Source: Fidelibacterota bacterium (lineage in GTDB: Bacteria; Fidelibacterota; Marinisomatia; Marinisomatales; TCS55). Taken from it: a stretch of DNA of 24,796 nucleotides. The position numbers were made by a program, and so were the translations under genes. The stretch covers positions 1 to 24,796 of the forward strand of contig JAPNQO010000015.1 of NCBI GenBank assembly GCA_027251445.1. The letters are read 5' to 3'. Below, one piece after another: positions 1 to 9,422 of this stretch; the stretch's first letter is position 1, and every line of letters starts with the position of its first letter. The notes beneath the pieces were generated by a model that made no database searches, was not told where the DNA came from, and worked only from the letters and a program-made list of their open reading frames with translations.

Positions 1-483
1 GGGTGTTTTTGGTGTGTTGAGGCTGTTTTTGAGCGCTTAGATGGTGTAAAAGACGTAATGCCAGGCTACACTGGTGGACATAAAAATAATCCAACCTACA
101 AAGAAATTTGTACTGGAATGACTGGGCATGCTGAAGTAGCTCAAGTCACATACGATTCAAAAATAATCACATTCAACGAGTTATTAGATATGTTTTGGAA
201 ATCACATGATCCTACCACACGCAATAGACAAGGAAATGATATAGGAACCCAATACAGATCAGCTATTTTTTATCATAATGATGAACAAAAGTTATTAGCT
301 GAAGAATCCAAATTAAAGGTTGATAACTCTCGCATATTCACAAACCCTATTGTCACAGAAATTACAAAATTGGATAAATTTTGGCCTGCAGAAGATTATC
401 ATAACAATTACTACGCAAATAATATGGATCAACCATATTGTAGGATAGTAATTAAACCAAAACTAGATAAACTATTTAAATAA
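1..483 (+). CDS. msrA: Peptide-methionine (S)-S-oxide reductase MsrA, 5'-truncated by the window edge
   Basis: Frame 1 is open from base 1 and reads GCFWCVEAVF (MsrA catalytic GCFW motif), then GYTGG, PTYxxIC, GHAEV, HDPT, RQGNDIGTQYRS and AEDYH. The ATG at 58 is internal. Confidence 0.97.
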   Translation, partial: GCFWCVEAVFERLDGVKDVMPGYTGGHKNNPTYKEICTGMTGHAEVAQVTYDSKIITFNELLDMFWKSHDPTTRNRQGNDIGTQYRSAIFYHNDEQKLLAEESKLKVDNSRIFTNPIVTEITKLDKFWPAEDYHNNYYANNMDQPYCRIVIKPKLDKLFK

Positions 484-485
484 TC

Positions 486-1568
486 TTAAGATAGAATAGA
501 CTCATAGTCTTGCATCGCAGAAATCAATGCGTCTACACCTTCTATAGGCATTGCATTATAAATAGAAGCACGAAAACCACCAACTGATCTATGTCCCTTC
601 AAGGTTATTAGACCTTTATTTGAACAAAATTTCAAAAATTCATTTTCATCTCTTTCTTCAATAAAAACAAATGGAACATTCATTTGAGATCTATCTTCTT
701 TTCTTATTGGAGAAGTGAAAACAGAATTTCTTTCTAATTCTTCATAGAGTTTATCTGATTTAATTTTATTTTTTTTCTCTATCACAGTTATACCACCAAT
801 TTTATCTAACCATTTTAAGGTTCTATTAACGACAAATATTGTTGAGACTGGAGGTGTGTTATATGCTGAACTTTTATTAATATGCGTTCTATAATCCAAC
901 ATAGTAGGAATATGTCTTTTCATTTTACCTATAATATCATCTCGAATAATTACCATAGTAACTCCGGCAGGTCCCATATTTTTTTGTGCCCCTGCATAAA
1001 TTAATCCAAAAGAGTTAAAATCAATTTTTCGACTGAATATATCTGACGACATATCTGCAACAATAAATCCTTCAGGATTTAAGACCTTTGGAAACTTCTT
1101 CCATTGCGTTCCATATATAGTATTATTACTTGTTATATGTAAATAAATAGCTTTAGATATTTGACTTAAGTCCTTATTTATTAGTCTATATAACGATTCT
1201 TTAGATGAAGAAGCTATATTAATATCTCCAAATACTTTCGCTTCATCAATCGCCTTCGCAGCCCATAAACCAGTATCTGTATAGTCTGCAGTTTGATCAT
1301 CTGAAAGTAGATTCATAGGAATCATAGAAAATTGCGTTGAAGCTCCTCCTTGTAACCATAAAATATGAAAATTATCTGGGATTGATAGTAATTCCCTAGC
1401 CAAAGAAGAGGTCTCATTCATTAAATCAACGACAGGTTGAGAACGGTGACTCATTTCAAGGATGCTTATACCGTTATTATTGTAATCTATAACTGCCTCA
1501 GAAGCTGCATCAAGCGCATCTTGAGGTAAGATACCAGGACCAGCGCTAAAATTATATATTCTTTTCAT
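486..1568 (-). CDS. serC: Phosphoserine aminotransferase (PLP-dependent)
   Basis: NFSAGP, EMSHRS, LQGGASTQF, NNTIYG, ADMSSD, YAGAQKNMGPAG (PLP lysine), YNTPP and KGHRSVGGFRASIYNA. Confidence 0.97.
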   Translation of the reverse strand: MKRIYNFSAGPGILPQDALDAASEAVIDYNNNGISILEMSHRSQPVVDLMNETSSLARELLSIPDNFHILWLQGGASTQFSMIPMNLLSDDQTADYTDTGLWAAKAIDEAKVFGDINIASSSKESLYRLINKDLSQISKAIYLHITSNNTIYGTQWKKFPKVLNPEGFIVADMSSDIFSRKIDFNSFGLIYAGAQKNMGPAGVTMVIIRDDIIGKMKRHIPTMLDYRTHINKSSAYNTPPVSTIFVVNRTLKWLDKIGGITVIEKKNKIKSDKLYEELERNSVFTSPIRKEDRSQMNVPFVFIEERDENEFLKFCSNKGLITLKGHRSVGGFRASIYNAMPIEGVDALISAMQDYESILS

Positions 1569-1631
1569 GCTATTATTAATGATTAGTCGGGATGAAGTTA
1601 TCTATAAATAATTGTTTACGACAAACAACAA

Positions 1632-1657
1632 AAATGCCCGATAATTATCGGGCATTT
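1632..1657 (-). terminator. Intrinsic terminator after the ECF operon
   Basis: Perfect 26-bp palindrome aaatgcccgataa/ttatcgggcattt about 23 nt past the stop at 1681. It is followed on the minus strand by a T-rich tract (TTTTTGTTGTTTG). Confidence 0.85.
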
Positions 1658-1680
1658 AATAATTACTGATATTAAAATAA

Positions 1681-2187
1681 TTACCAGCGTTTACGTTTCC
1701 CTTTAAATCCGCCCATATTCTTTCCTCGCTTACGCTGATCTCGCATCCTTTCTTTAGCTTCTCCTAACATTTCTCTTCCAAAAACATGATATAGAACAAT
1801 CTGATCGTTATTAAGGACATCATTTAACCCATCAACAAATTTCTCTTTTTCAGCAATGACTTTCTTATCAAAGGATCTATCCTTATTTAAAACTTCTTTT
1901 AATTCTTTATCGGTAATTGCATCTCCTTTTTTAGCCTTATCCACAATATCTTTCCAATTCCCTCTTCTATCTCTTTGCATACCTTTCATTTTTTCTTTAT
2001 GTGCGTTTAGTTTTGGAAAAAATACCTCTGCTTGCTTTTCGGTGAGATTAAGAGTTTCTGTAAGTTTCCAGATTGCATACATCTCCATTCTTCCCCGATC
2101 CTCATCGTTCTTATCCCAACGATCAGCTTGTGCAAATAAAACTCCACTTATCAAGATACTTATTGCAAAAAAGTTAGCTATGTTCAT
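1681..2187 (-). CDS. Exported helical protein, Spy/CpxP-like (LTxxQ) partner of the ECF system
   Basis: Signal peptide ending LFA|Q, LNLTEKQ and VLNNDQ motifs, charged helical composition and a basic C-terminal tail. It overlaps the upstream gene by ATGA and has a GGAG RBS. Confidence 0.65.
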   Translation of the reverse strand: MNIANFFAISILISGVLFAQADRWDKNDEDRGRMEMYAIWKLTETLNLTEKQAEVFFPKLNAHKEKMKGMQRDRRGNWKDIVDKAKKGDAITDKELKEVLNKDRSFDKKVIAEKEKFVDGLNDVLNNDQIVLYHVFGREMLGEAKERMRDQRKRGKNMGGFKGKRKRW

Positions 2188-2585
2188 GACTCCTCCATAT
2201 AGTTAATAAAATTATCATATTCAATTTCATCTAAAAAGGTAAATGCCGTCCAGATATCATCTTCCTCTTCAATAATATAAATTGCTAGATCATCTATAAA
2301 ATAATTATCATTATTTAAATTAAATTCATCAAAATCTATATTAGAAATATTGCTATCACTAAAATAAAAATTTCCACCTGAGTAAATTGCTCCTCCATCT
2401 AGCTCAAAATAACTCCCTACACCAATAATAATGATTAAACATGCAGCTAAAATGCCTGAAATAGCCTGACTACGCTTTAATTTTTGCTCATGCCTGGCTG
2501 TAGTTAGATTATTAATAAATTGTTCTTTATCGATAATTCTAGATGAATTAGATAATGTTTGCCGAATTTTTGATTCAAAATTCAT
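2184..2585 (-). CDS. Putative single-pass anti-sigma factor
   Basis: Directly downstream of the ECF sigma gene with an ATGA overlap. It has a short cytoplasmic N-terminus, one TM helix (AISGILAACLIIIIGVG) and an acidic C-terminal domain. Confidence 0.65.
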   Translation of the reverse strand: MNFESKIRQTLSNSSRIIDKEQFINNLTTARHEQKLKRSQAISGILAACLIIIIGVGSYFELDGGAIYSGGNFYFSDSNISNIDFDEFNLNNDNYFIDDLAIYIIEEEDDIWTAFTFLDEIEYDNFINYMEES

Positions 2586-3109
2586 TCAACGATTCCTAAT
2601 AATGTTTTAATACGTTTAATACCATGATGAAAATTAACTTTAGCTGTGCCTTCAGACATGTGAAGGATATTTCCAATATCCTTAAAAGGCAACATTTCTG
2701 AAATTCGTATCATAACAACTAAACGTTGTTTTTTTGGTAATTTACTAACGGCATTCATTACCTCTTCTTTCTTCCATTCTCTATCCTGTTTATCATCCTT
2801 GTAAACTGGCTCTATTATTTGATCCAGATGAATAATATTTCTCCATTTATTTCTTTTAAAATAAGTATTAGCAGTATTAGCATTCACACGATATAAATAA
2901 GTATTGAATTCTGATTCAAAACGAAACTTCTTAAGAGATTTATATAACTTAATAAATACAGTTTGAGCCAAATCTTCTGCTTCCATTTCATCATTCGTAA
3001 TTTTTTGAAAAAAACCATGAACTAAATCCAGATATTTGCGAACAAGTTCATTAAACGCCTCTTCGTCTCCATTTTGAAATTCTTGTATGAGTTCTCGGTC
3101 TTTTTTCAT
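2582..3109 (-). CDS. ECF-family RNA polymerase sigma factor
   Basis: GDEEAFNELVRKY, AEDLAQTVFIK and FRFESEFNTYLYR (region 2), and LPKKQRLV...FKDIGNILHMSEGTAKV (region 4.2 HTH). 175 aa. Confidence 0.95.
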   Translation of the reverse strand: MKKDRELIQEFQNGDEEAFNELVRKYLDLVHGFFQKITNDEMEAEDLAQTVFIKLYKSLKKFRFESEFNTYLYRVNANTANTYFKRNKWRNIIHLDQIIEPVYKDDKQDREWKKEEVMNAVSKLPKKQRLVVMIRISEMLPFKDIGNILHMSEGTAKVNFHHGIKRIKTLLGIVE

Positions 3110-3123
3110 TCATTTCTACTATT

Positions 3124-3150
3124 TAAGACATCAAAAAACATAAAAAGTTA
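3124..3150 (-). promoter_or_regulatory. Candidate ECF (sigmaE-type) promoter for the sigma operon
   Basis: Minus strand reads TAACTT-N16-TCTTA, resembling the sigmaE consensus GAACTT-N16-TCTGA/TCTAA. The -10 element ends 14 nt before the ATG at 3109. Confidence 0.5.
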
Positions 3151-3209
3151 AATTTTAAATATAAAAACTTGTTCACTGATATTAACCAGATTCATGTCTA
3201 ATTTTATAT

Positions 3210-6200
3210 ATGGAATCAAGCGCTGTTTCATTTAGGCCAAATATAGCTCAAAAAGAAGCCATTTTACACAAACCTGCTCCATTAATGATTCTTGCTGGAG
3301 CAGGAACTGGAAAAACAACAACATTACTTAACCGAATACGTCATTTAATCCAAGAGGTTAATGTCCCATCAGAAAATATTTTACTACTTACTTTTACAGA
3401 TAAAGCCACATCAGAAATAACAAAAAAGATTAAAGATATAATAGGGAACTCAATAGATAAAATTACTATCAGTACATTTCATAGCTTTTGTAATGGATTA
3501 GTTCGAGAACGGAATCTTAGTTCTAATGCTGACAAAATTCTTTGGCAACAAGATGATATTATATACTTTTTTATTAATCATTTTGATAAACTAAAATTCA
3601 TTACTTCCACTACTTTCCTCATGAGTCCTTACGCAGCTATCACAAAATCTTTTATACCATTTATTAATCGTGTGCGCGATGAACTTCTAACGCCAGATCA
3701 GCTAAATGATCTGTATAATTCAACAAATATTTGCGAGGAAAATTTCCATGAAATTTTTCCAAATATGCATAAGGAATATGATTACGATGACTGTATGAAT
3801 CAACTTTCTGATTTAATCAAGGTTTTCGACTATTTTCAGAAAGAAAAAAATAAGTTAGGAGTTGTTGATTATGGCGATATGATTCTTGATTGCTGGAATA
3901 TGCTTAATTCTAATTCTACCGTATTAAATAAGATCAGAAAAAAGTATAAACACATTTTTATTGATGAGTATCAAGATAATAACTATGCACTAAACAAAAT
4001 AATCAATTTTATAGCAGGCGAAAAACCAAGTATAACTGTCGTTGGAGATGAGGACCAATGTATTTATAGTTTTCGGGGAGCTAATTATTATAATATTAAA
4101 GATTTTGAAAAAAGATATTCTTCTTCCTCTAATTATAAAATGGTAAAACTTGTTGAAAACTATCGCTCATCTAGTGAGATACTTGACTTAGCAAATGCAT
4201 CAATAGGGAAGAATACGCATAGAGAAAAAAAATCGCTTATTAGACCGAAAGAACTTCCAAAAACTGGACCAACTCCTAAATGGTATATTTCTGAATCTAA
4301 AGAAAGCATGGATCTTATTCCTCAAATAATACATGATATGGTAGAAACAAATAATCGTGTATTTGGAGATATAGCTATTATATGTAGATCATGGGGACAT
4401 ATAAAAATCCTTGCTTCCGTTTTACAAAAGTCAGCAATACCAGTAGATATTCATATTGAGAAGTTTTTCAATGTGCCTATTGTAAAAGATGTATTGTCTT
4501 GGGGTCATTTAGTTATTTCTGATGAAAAATCTGAAGCAGCTTTATTTCGAATTTTAAAAGAAAGAATGGGATATGAATGGACATCAAAATTCTATTGTGA
4601 ATTTAATCAATCATCTATCCATGAGCGATTAGAAGCATTAAATAAATTATCAAAAGAATTTCCAGGTGTTGCATGGGTCTTATCAACGAGAGAAAAAATC
4701 TTAACATCTTATAAAAAGAAACAAAATCCTGATGAAATAGTTTGGGATATTTTAAAGCATTTAAAAGATAATGATGAAATACAATATTTGCGGAAGTATT
4801 ATCGATATAAACAACGTCTAAACTTGGCAAATATGGCAAAATTAATGTTAATTGCTGAAAGATTTAATGCAATAGAAAAAGATCCCACCTTAAAAAGCTG
4901 GCTTCAATATATGAACATCCTACAAAGAAATATGAATATTGAAGCGGCCCAACCAGAAGAATATAATAAAAATGCTGCAGTTCAAATCTTAACAGTACAT
5001 CAGTCGAAAGGGTCAGAATTTCCAATAGTAATTATCCCTTTTTTAAGATCTGGAAGCTTTCCTATTCGTCTTAATAAACCAAAAATTATAAATGAGCTAC
5101 CTATATCATGGAAACATTGGTTTGAGGAAAATCCTATATCTGCAGAAGAATTCCATATTCAAGAGGAACGGAGAATTTTTCATGTGGCATGTACAAGGGC
5201 CAAGGATGAGCTGTATTTATTTGGTCCATCCAAAGCTCAATCTATTTTTACAAAAGAATTAGAAAACTTAGAACCAAAAATAATGGAGAGTTCTATTATG
5301 AAAAAGAATGATGAAGCTGTAATGCAGCCTGAATTAAATATAGAAAAACAACGACTACTTGTTGATCTTAGTCACGAAATAGCTGCTAATCATTATGATA
5401 ATGCTAGTGAAATTTTATCAAAAATGAAAAATTTAAATGAGAGCCCATCAATAGAAGAATCAAATAAATTAGACTCAAGATATCTATTAAAATTGTCAGC
5501 AAGCAGTATTAATGATTATGAAAGTTGTCCCTATAAATATCGTCTTAAACATATTGATAAAGTTCCTGAGAGAAAAACGCGTGCTACAATGGAATTTGGA
5601 ATAATTATCCATAACGTATTAGATGAATTTCATGGAAAGGCTAACCAAAGTCTTCAAATAATGATGGATTTATTAGATAAACATTGGAGAAAAGATGCAT
5701 TTGAATATTTATTACGGGAAGAAGAGTTCAAAAAACAAGCTGTAGAACTAGTCGAAGCATATTTTAATTATAACAAACAACATCCTTCTACGGTAGTTGC
5801 TCGTGAAAAAATATTCAACTTCACTATTGATGACTTGCAAGTGGTAATATCGGGTAAAATAGACCGTATTGATCAGGAAGGTAATTCTTTATCTGTTGTT
5901 GATTATAAGACTAGTAAAAATAAAGTAAAGGCAAAAGGCAATCTCCAACTTGCTCTCTATACGGAAGCACTAAAAAGAGATGCAGTTGAAGATGTAAAAG
6001 GTAAGCCTGGCACTACAATTCTTCATTTTTTACGTCATTATGAAGATCCTATTGAAAGTTATACGTTTACATCAGACGACCTAAGCAAAGAATTAGAAAA
6101 AGTTTCTAAAGTAGCCGAAGGAATAAGAAAAAATGAATTCCCAACTAAGCCTGGAGACTTTAATTGTCAACACTGTGACTATAGATATTTCTTATGCCCG

Positions 6201-6218
6201 GCCTGGGAAGAAGATTAG
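3210..6218 (+). CDS. UvrD/PcrA-family SF1 DNA helicase fused to a C-terminal PD-(D/E)XK (RecB/AddB-like) nuclease
   Basis: Helicase motifs AGAGTGKT, IDEYQD, VGDEDQCIYSFRGA, ENYRS, TVHQSKG and EERRIFHVACTRAK. Nuclease motifs LSASSI..CPYKY, GKIDRID, VVDYKT, QLALY and a terminal CQHCDYRYFLC. Confidence 0.93.
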   Translation: MESSAVSFRPNIAQKEAILHKPAPLMILAGAGTGKTTTLLNRIRHLIQEVNVPSENILLLTFTDKATSEITKKIKDIIGNSIDKITISTFHSFCNGLVRERNLSSNADKILWQQDDIIYFFINHFDKLKFITSTTFLMSPYAAITKSFIPFINRVRDELLTPDQLNDLYNSTNICEENFHEIFPNMHKEYDYDDCMNQLSDLIKVFDYFQKEKNKLGVVDYGDMILDCWNMLNSNSTVLNKIRKKYKHIFIDEYQDNNYALNKIINFIAGEKPSITVVGDEDQCIYSFRGANYYNIKDFEKRYSSSSNYKMVKLVENYRSSSEILDLANASIGKNTHREKKSLIRPKELPKTGPTPKWYISESKESMDLIPQIIHDMVETNNRVFGDIAIICRSWGHIKILASVLQKSAIPVDIHIEKFFNVPIVKDVLSWGHLVISDEKSEAALFRILKERMGYEWTSKFYCEFNQSSIHERLEALNKLSKEFPGVAWVLSTREKILTSYKKKQNPDEIVWDILKHLKDNDEIQYLRKYYRYKQRLNLANMAKLMLIAERFNAIEKDPTLKSWLQYMNILQRNMNIEAAQPEEYNKNAAVQILTVHQSKGSEFPIVIIPFLRSGSFPIRLNKPKIINELPISWKHWFEENPISAEEFHIQEERRIFHVACTRAKDELYLFGPSKAQSIFTKELENLEPKIMESSIMKKNDEAVMQPELNIEKQRLLVDLSHEIAANHYDNASEILSKMKNLNESPSIEESNKLDSRYLLKLSASSINDYESCPYKYRLKHIDKVPERKTRATMEFGIIIHNVLDEFHGKANQSLQIMMDLLDKHWRKDAFEYLLREEEFKKQAVELVEAYFNYNKQHPSTVVAREKIFNFTIDDLQVVISGKIDRIDQEGNSLSVVDYKTSKNKVKAKGNLQLALYTEALKRDAVEDVKGKPGTTILHFLRHYEDPIESYTFTSDDLSKELEKVSKVAEGIRKNEFPTKPGDFNCQHCDYRYFLCPAWEED

Positions 6219-6228
6219 GGTTACATTA

Positions 6229-7116
6229 TTATGCAGTACTAACTAAGATAGCACCAGATAATGCACAACAAACGGCAAACCACTTTCTTTTATTCATTTC
6301 CTCTTTCAAAAATAAAGCAGCCATTAAAATAATAAGAATTGTTGATAATTGATTATAAATAGCTGCACGACCTGCTAAAGTATATTTATATCCTGCAAGC
6401 CAAAAAATTACGGAAAGAAATGTCCCAACAAAAGCACCTAAGACTAAAGGCATATGACTAAATCCTTTTTTATATGTCTTTATCAAATCTTTACCACCTT
6501 CTGTATAATATAGAAATATGATTCCTAAAAGTGTTCCAATCCCAAATCGAATCAAAGCAATTGGAACCACTGGATGTATTGCCATTACGGGTTTAATCAT
6601 CAATACCGAAAATGCAGTAAGCACCTGCGCAATAAGTCCAAATATTATTCCCTGAGTTATGTCTTTTCTACTTTTATTTTTTGGTATCTCAACAGTTGCT
6701 ATAACAATACCACTTATTACCAAAATTCCACCAAAATACCCTCGAATAGCAATGACCTCCCCAAACATAAGATATGATAGAATAAAAATTGAAAGCGAAA
6801 ATGTTGTACCAACAATAGCATTCAACCCAGCTCCAAGATTTCGCAATGCTGATAAATAAAAATAATCTCCAATTGCGACTCCTAGAACTGCGCTAATTGT
6901 AAGAATTTTCATTTCATCATATGTAAAAACTGGAAATCTGTTTCCTTGAATAATTAGGAATAAAATAAAAAGAATAACACCTATAGTATTTTTAATAACA
7001 TTTATATGCATGCTCCCAAGTATTCGCCCTGACAATTGGAACAATATTACTGCTGTTGCCCAACAAAAAGACGTTAGGATAGCATATAAATCTCCTGTAT
7101 TTAATTGAAATTCCAA
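6229..7116 (-). CDS. DMT superfamily (EamA) transporter
   Basis: 295 aa with about 10 hydrophobic segments in two repeats (ILSYLMFGE, MAALFLKEEM). TTG start. Confidence 0.9.
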   Translation of the reverse strand: MEFQLNTGDLYAILTSFCWATAVILFQLSGRILGSMHINVIKNTIGVILFILFLIIQGNRFPVFTYDEMKILTISAVLGVAIGDYFYLSALRNLGAGLNAIVGTTFSLSIFILSYLMFGEVIAIRGYFGGILVISGIVIATVEIPKNKSRKDITQGIIFGLIAQVLTAFSVLMIKPVMAIHPVVPIALIRFGIGTLLGIIFLYYTEGGKDLIKTYKKGFSHMPLVLGAFVGTFLSVIFWLAGYKYTLAGRAAIYNQLSTILIILMAALFLKEEMNKRKWFAVCCALSGAILVSTA

Positions 7117-7136
7117 GACTTCTATATTAGATGAAA

Positions 7137-7556
7137 TTATTGTTTAATAATCTGAAAATCGACCACACCATTAAATTGTGTTCCTACAACATTGATTTTC
7201 TCTGGATAGCTAAAAGGATCTCCTGACATGGTATCAATTCGAGAGTAGACACTATTTCCTAATACTAAATACCAATATAATGTTGAGTCTAAACTATTTT
7301 TCAAAAAGATAGATGTGGTATCATTTCCTGAAAATTCATTAATAATTAATGTTGTTGATAAAACAGAATTGGAATCTAAAATAAATGAAAGATCATATGA
7401 TTCATTAAAATCATACTTATCCCCTCTTAGAGAGAAGCTAAAAGCATCTGATGTATTAATTATGGAAGGCAAATTATCAATTAATCCATCGTCTGGTTCA
7501 GGTGGACCTACGCACCCATAAATTAAAAGAAATATAATAGCTATGTATTTATTCAT
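7137..7556 (-). CDS. Hypothetical lipoprotein
   Basis: MNKYIAIIFLLIYGC lipobox-type signal and a beta-rich acidic body. It overlaps rmuC by 4 nt. Confidence 0.7.
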   Translation of the reverse strand: MNKYIAIIFLLIYGCVGPPEPDDGLIDNLPSIINTSDAFSFSLRGDKYDFNESYDLSFILDSNSVLSTTLIINEFSGNDTTSIFLKNSLDSTLYWYLVLGNSVYSRIDTMSGDPFSYPEKINVVGTQFNGVVDFQIIKQ

Positions 7557-8656
7557 GCTGCATCATTTTCTATTTGATCATTATCATTACTTTTTAATTC
7601 TAAATCAATAATCTTTTCCATTGGTTTTTCTAATTGACGAGCTCTTGTGCCACTTAATTCATCAAAATGTTTTTGTATAGTACCTATACTCTTACCAAGT
7701 GCATTAAGTTTTTCTACAAATTTTTCCCATTGTTCCTTGAAAGTACTAACCATAGCCTGCATATCTCCTGCCCTTTGTTCCAAGGAAAAATTAGATACTG
7801 CCTGACGAATTAAGGATAAAATAGCATACAGTGTTATGGGTGAACAAAGTAGAATTCTTTTTGAGAGAGAAAAATCGATAAGATCTTTATCCTCTTGGTT
7901 CAAAAAAGAATAAATACTTTCATTTGGAATAAACATCAGAACATAATCAACAGTTCCTGCTTCTGGATTAATATAATTACGTTTAGCTATTTCCTTAACA
8001 TGATTGCGTACATCGGAAAGGAAAGCCTTCTTTTCACTTATCTGATCATTTTCATTATCAGCAGCAAGAAAATTCTCATAATGAGTGAGAGGAAACTTTA
8101 CATCCATATTAATATGACGATCTTTAGGTAGATAAAAGGTAAAGTCCGGTCGACCCTTTCCTTCCTGTGTCTGTTTAGTATAATTAACACCATCAACTAG
8201 TCCAATAAAGCTTAATATATCTTCTACCATTCTTTCCCCCCATTGACCTCGTGCCTGTGAACTTGATAATATCTGTCTTAATTGAGAGGTAGTATCGGAT
8301 AATTCAGTAATACCTTTTCGAGAGGCTTCCATCTGACCTTTCAGTTCAGAAGTTTGTTTGCCAAGACCTTCTAAGTGATTTTTCATCTCTTTTATACTTT
8401 GGTCAATGAGCTTTTTCTTTTCATCTAATTGCCCATCAGAAGATTTCAGTAATTCTCCAAACTTACTTTCCGCCATTTTCAGAAATGTTTCTATGTTTTG
8501 ATCTAAAGCTTGTCTGGATATACTACCAAAGATTTCTTTTAGGCCATCCTCTCCTAAACGAGTAGAATCCAATTCTTTTTGTCGCACAAACCAAACAATT
8601 AATGATCCTACAGCAAATCCAATTAGAAAAAGAATGATTCCGCTAATAAAGTCCAT
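7553..8656 (-). CDS. rmuC: DNA recombination protein RmuC
   Basis: N-terminal TM anchor and coiled coil, then RGQWGE, RPDF, MDVKFPL, HVKEIAKRNY, DYVLMFIPNE and SPITLYAIL. Confidence 0.93.
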   Translation of the reverse strand: MDFISGIILFLIGFAVGSLIVWFVRQKELDSTRLGEDGLKEIFGSISRQALDQNIETFLKMAESKFGELLKSSDGQLDEKKKLIDQSIKEMKNHLEGLGKQTSELKGQMEASRKGITELSDTTSQLRQILSSSQARGQWGERMVEDILSFIGLVDGVNYTKQTQEGKGRPDFTFYLPKDRHINMDVKFPLTHYENFLAADNENDQISEKKAFLSDVRNHVKEIAKRNYINPEAGTVDYVLMFIPNESIYSFLNQEDKDLIDFSLSKRILLCSPITLYAILSLIRQAVSNFSLEQRAGDMQAMVSTFKEQWEKFVEKLNALGKSIGTIQKHFDELSGTRARQLEKPMEKIIDLELKSNDNDQIENDAA

Positions 8657-8717
8657 TATTAAAAATACGTAAAATTTTTGTTTGCATTAACTATAAGATT
8701 AATCCTTATTAAAAAGA

Positions 8718-9413
8718 TTATATTGACCTTCCTAATCCACCATCAACACGAATATTTTGTCCATTAACATAACTTGACTTATTGGATAATAAAAAAACCA
8801 CTGTATTCGCTATTTCATCAACCTTTCCTTCTCGTTTTGATGGAATTATTGAACGAATTTCATCACTTACATCAAAACTATCAATAAACCCTGGCAATAT
8901 ATTATTCATACGTATACCATCTTTTGCATATTGATCAGCAAATAACTTAACAAAAGCTGAAAGCCCTGCTCGAATTGTTGATGATGTTGGAAATGATACA
9001 TTAGGATCCTTCGCACTATATGAAGATATATTTACGATTGATCCACCATTTTTTTTCATAATGGGAACTACTAATCTTGACATTCGAACTACATTTAATA
9101 ATAATAAATCAAAGGCCTCTTTCCATTCAGAATCAGTTATTTTTAACAAATCACCTTTTGGAGGATGTCCTGTATTATTTACTATAGCATCAATTTGACC
9201 ATATGAATCCATTGCGAGATCCACAATTTTACTTAGATCATCTTGTTCTGTGACGCTTCCAACCATTCCAACCCCATCCAATTCTTTAGAAAGCTCTAGC
9301 ACACTATCTGTTCTTGACATTAAAACTAGATTATATTTTTCTTTAGCAAGCGCATGAGCACATGCAGCGCCCATTCCCTTACTCGCAGCGGTTATAATTG
9401 CAACTTTATTCAA
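8718..9413 (-). CDS. Short-chain dehydrogenase/reductase (SDR)
   Basis: TAASKGMG Rossmann motif, VNNTG, IVNISS, NNILPGFID and YVNGQNIRVDGG. The catalytic YxxxK is replaced by SxxxR (SSTIR). TTG start. Confidence 0.9.
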   Translation of the reverse strand: MNKVAIITAASKGMGAACAHALAKEKYNLVLMSRTDSVLELSKELDGVGMVGSVTEQDDLSKIVDLAMDSYGQIDAIVNNTGHPPKGDLLKITDSEWKEAFDLLLLNVVRMSRLVVPIMKKNGGSIVNISSYSAKDPNVSFPTSSTIRAGLSAFVKLFADQYAKDGIRMNNILPGFIDSFDVSDEIRSIIPSKREGKVDEIANTVVFLLSNKSSYVNGQNIRVDGGLGRSI

Positions 9414-9422
9414 AAAAGATAG

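Noticed and set aside
5480..6218. Cas4-like nuclease suggesting a CRISPR-Cas locus
   Set aside because: It is the fused C-terminal domain of a UvrD helicase. No cas1/cas2 genes or repeat-spacer array were seen in the window.
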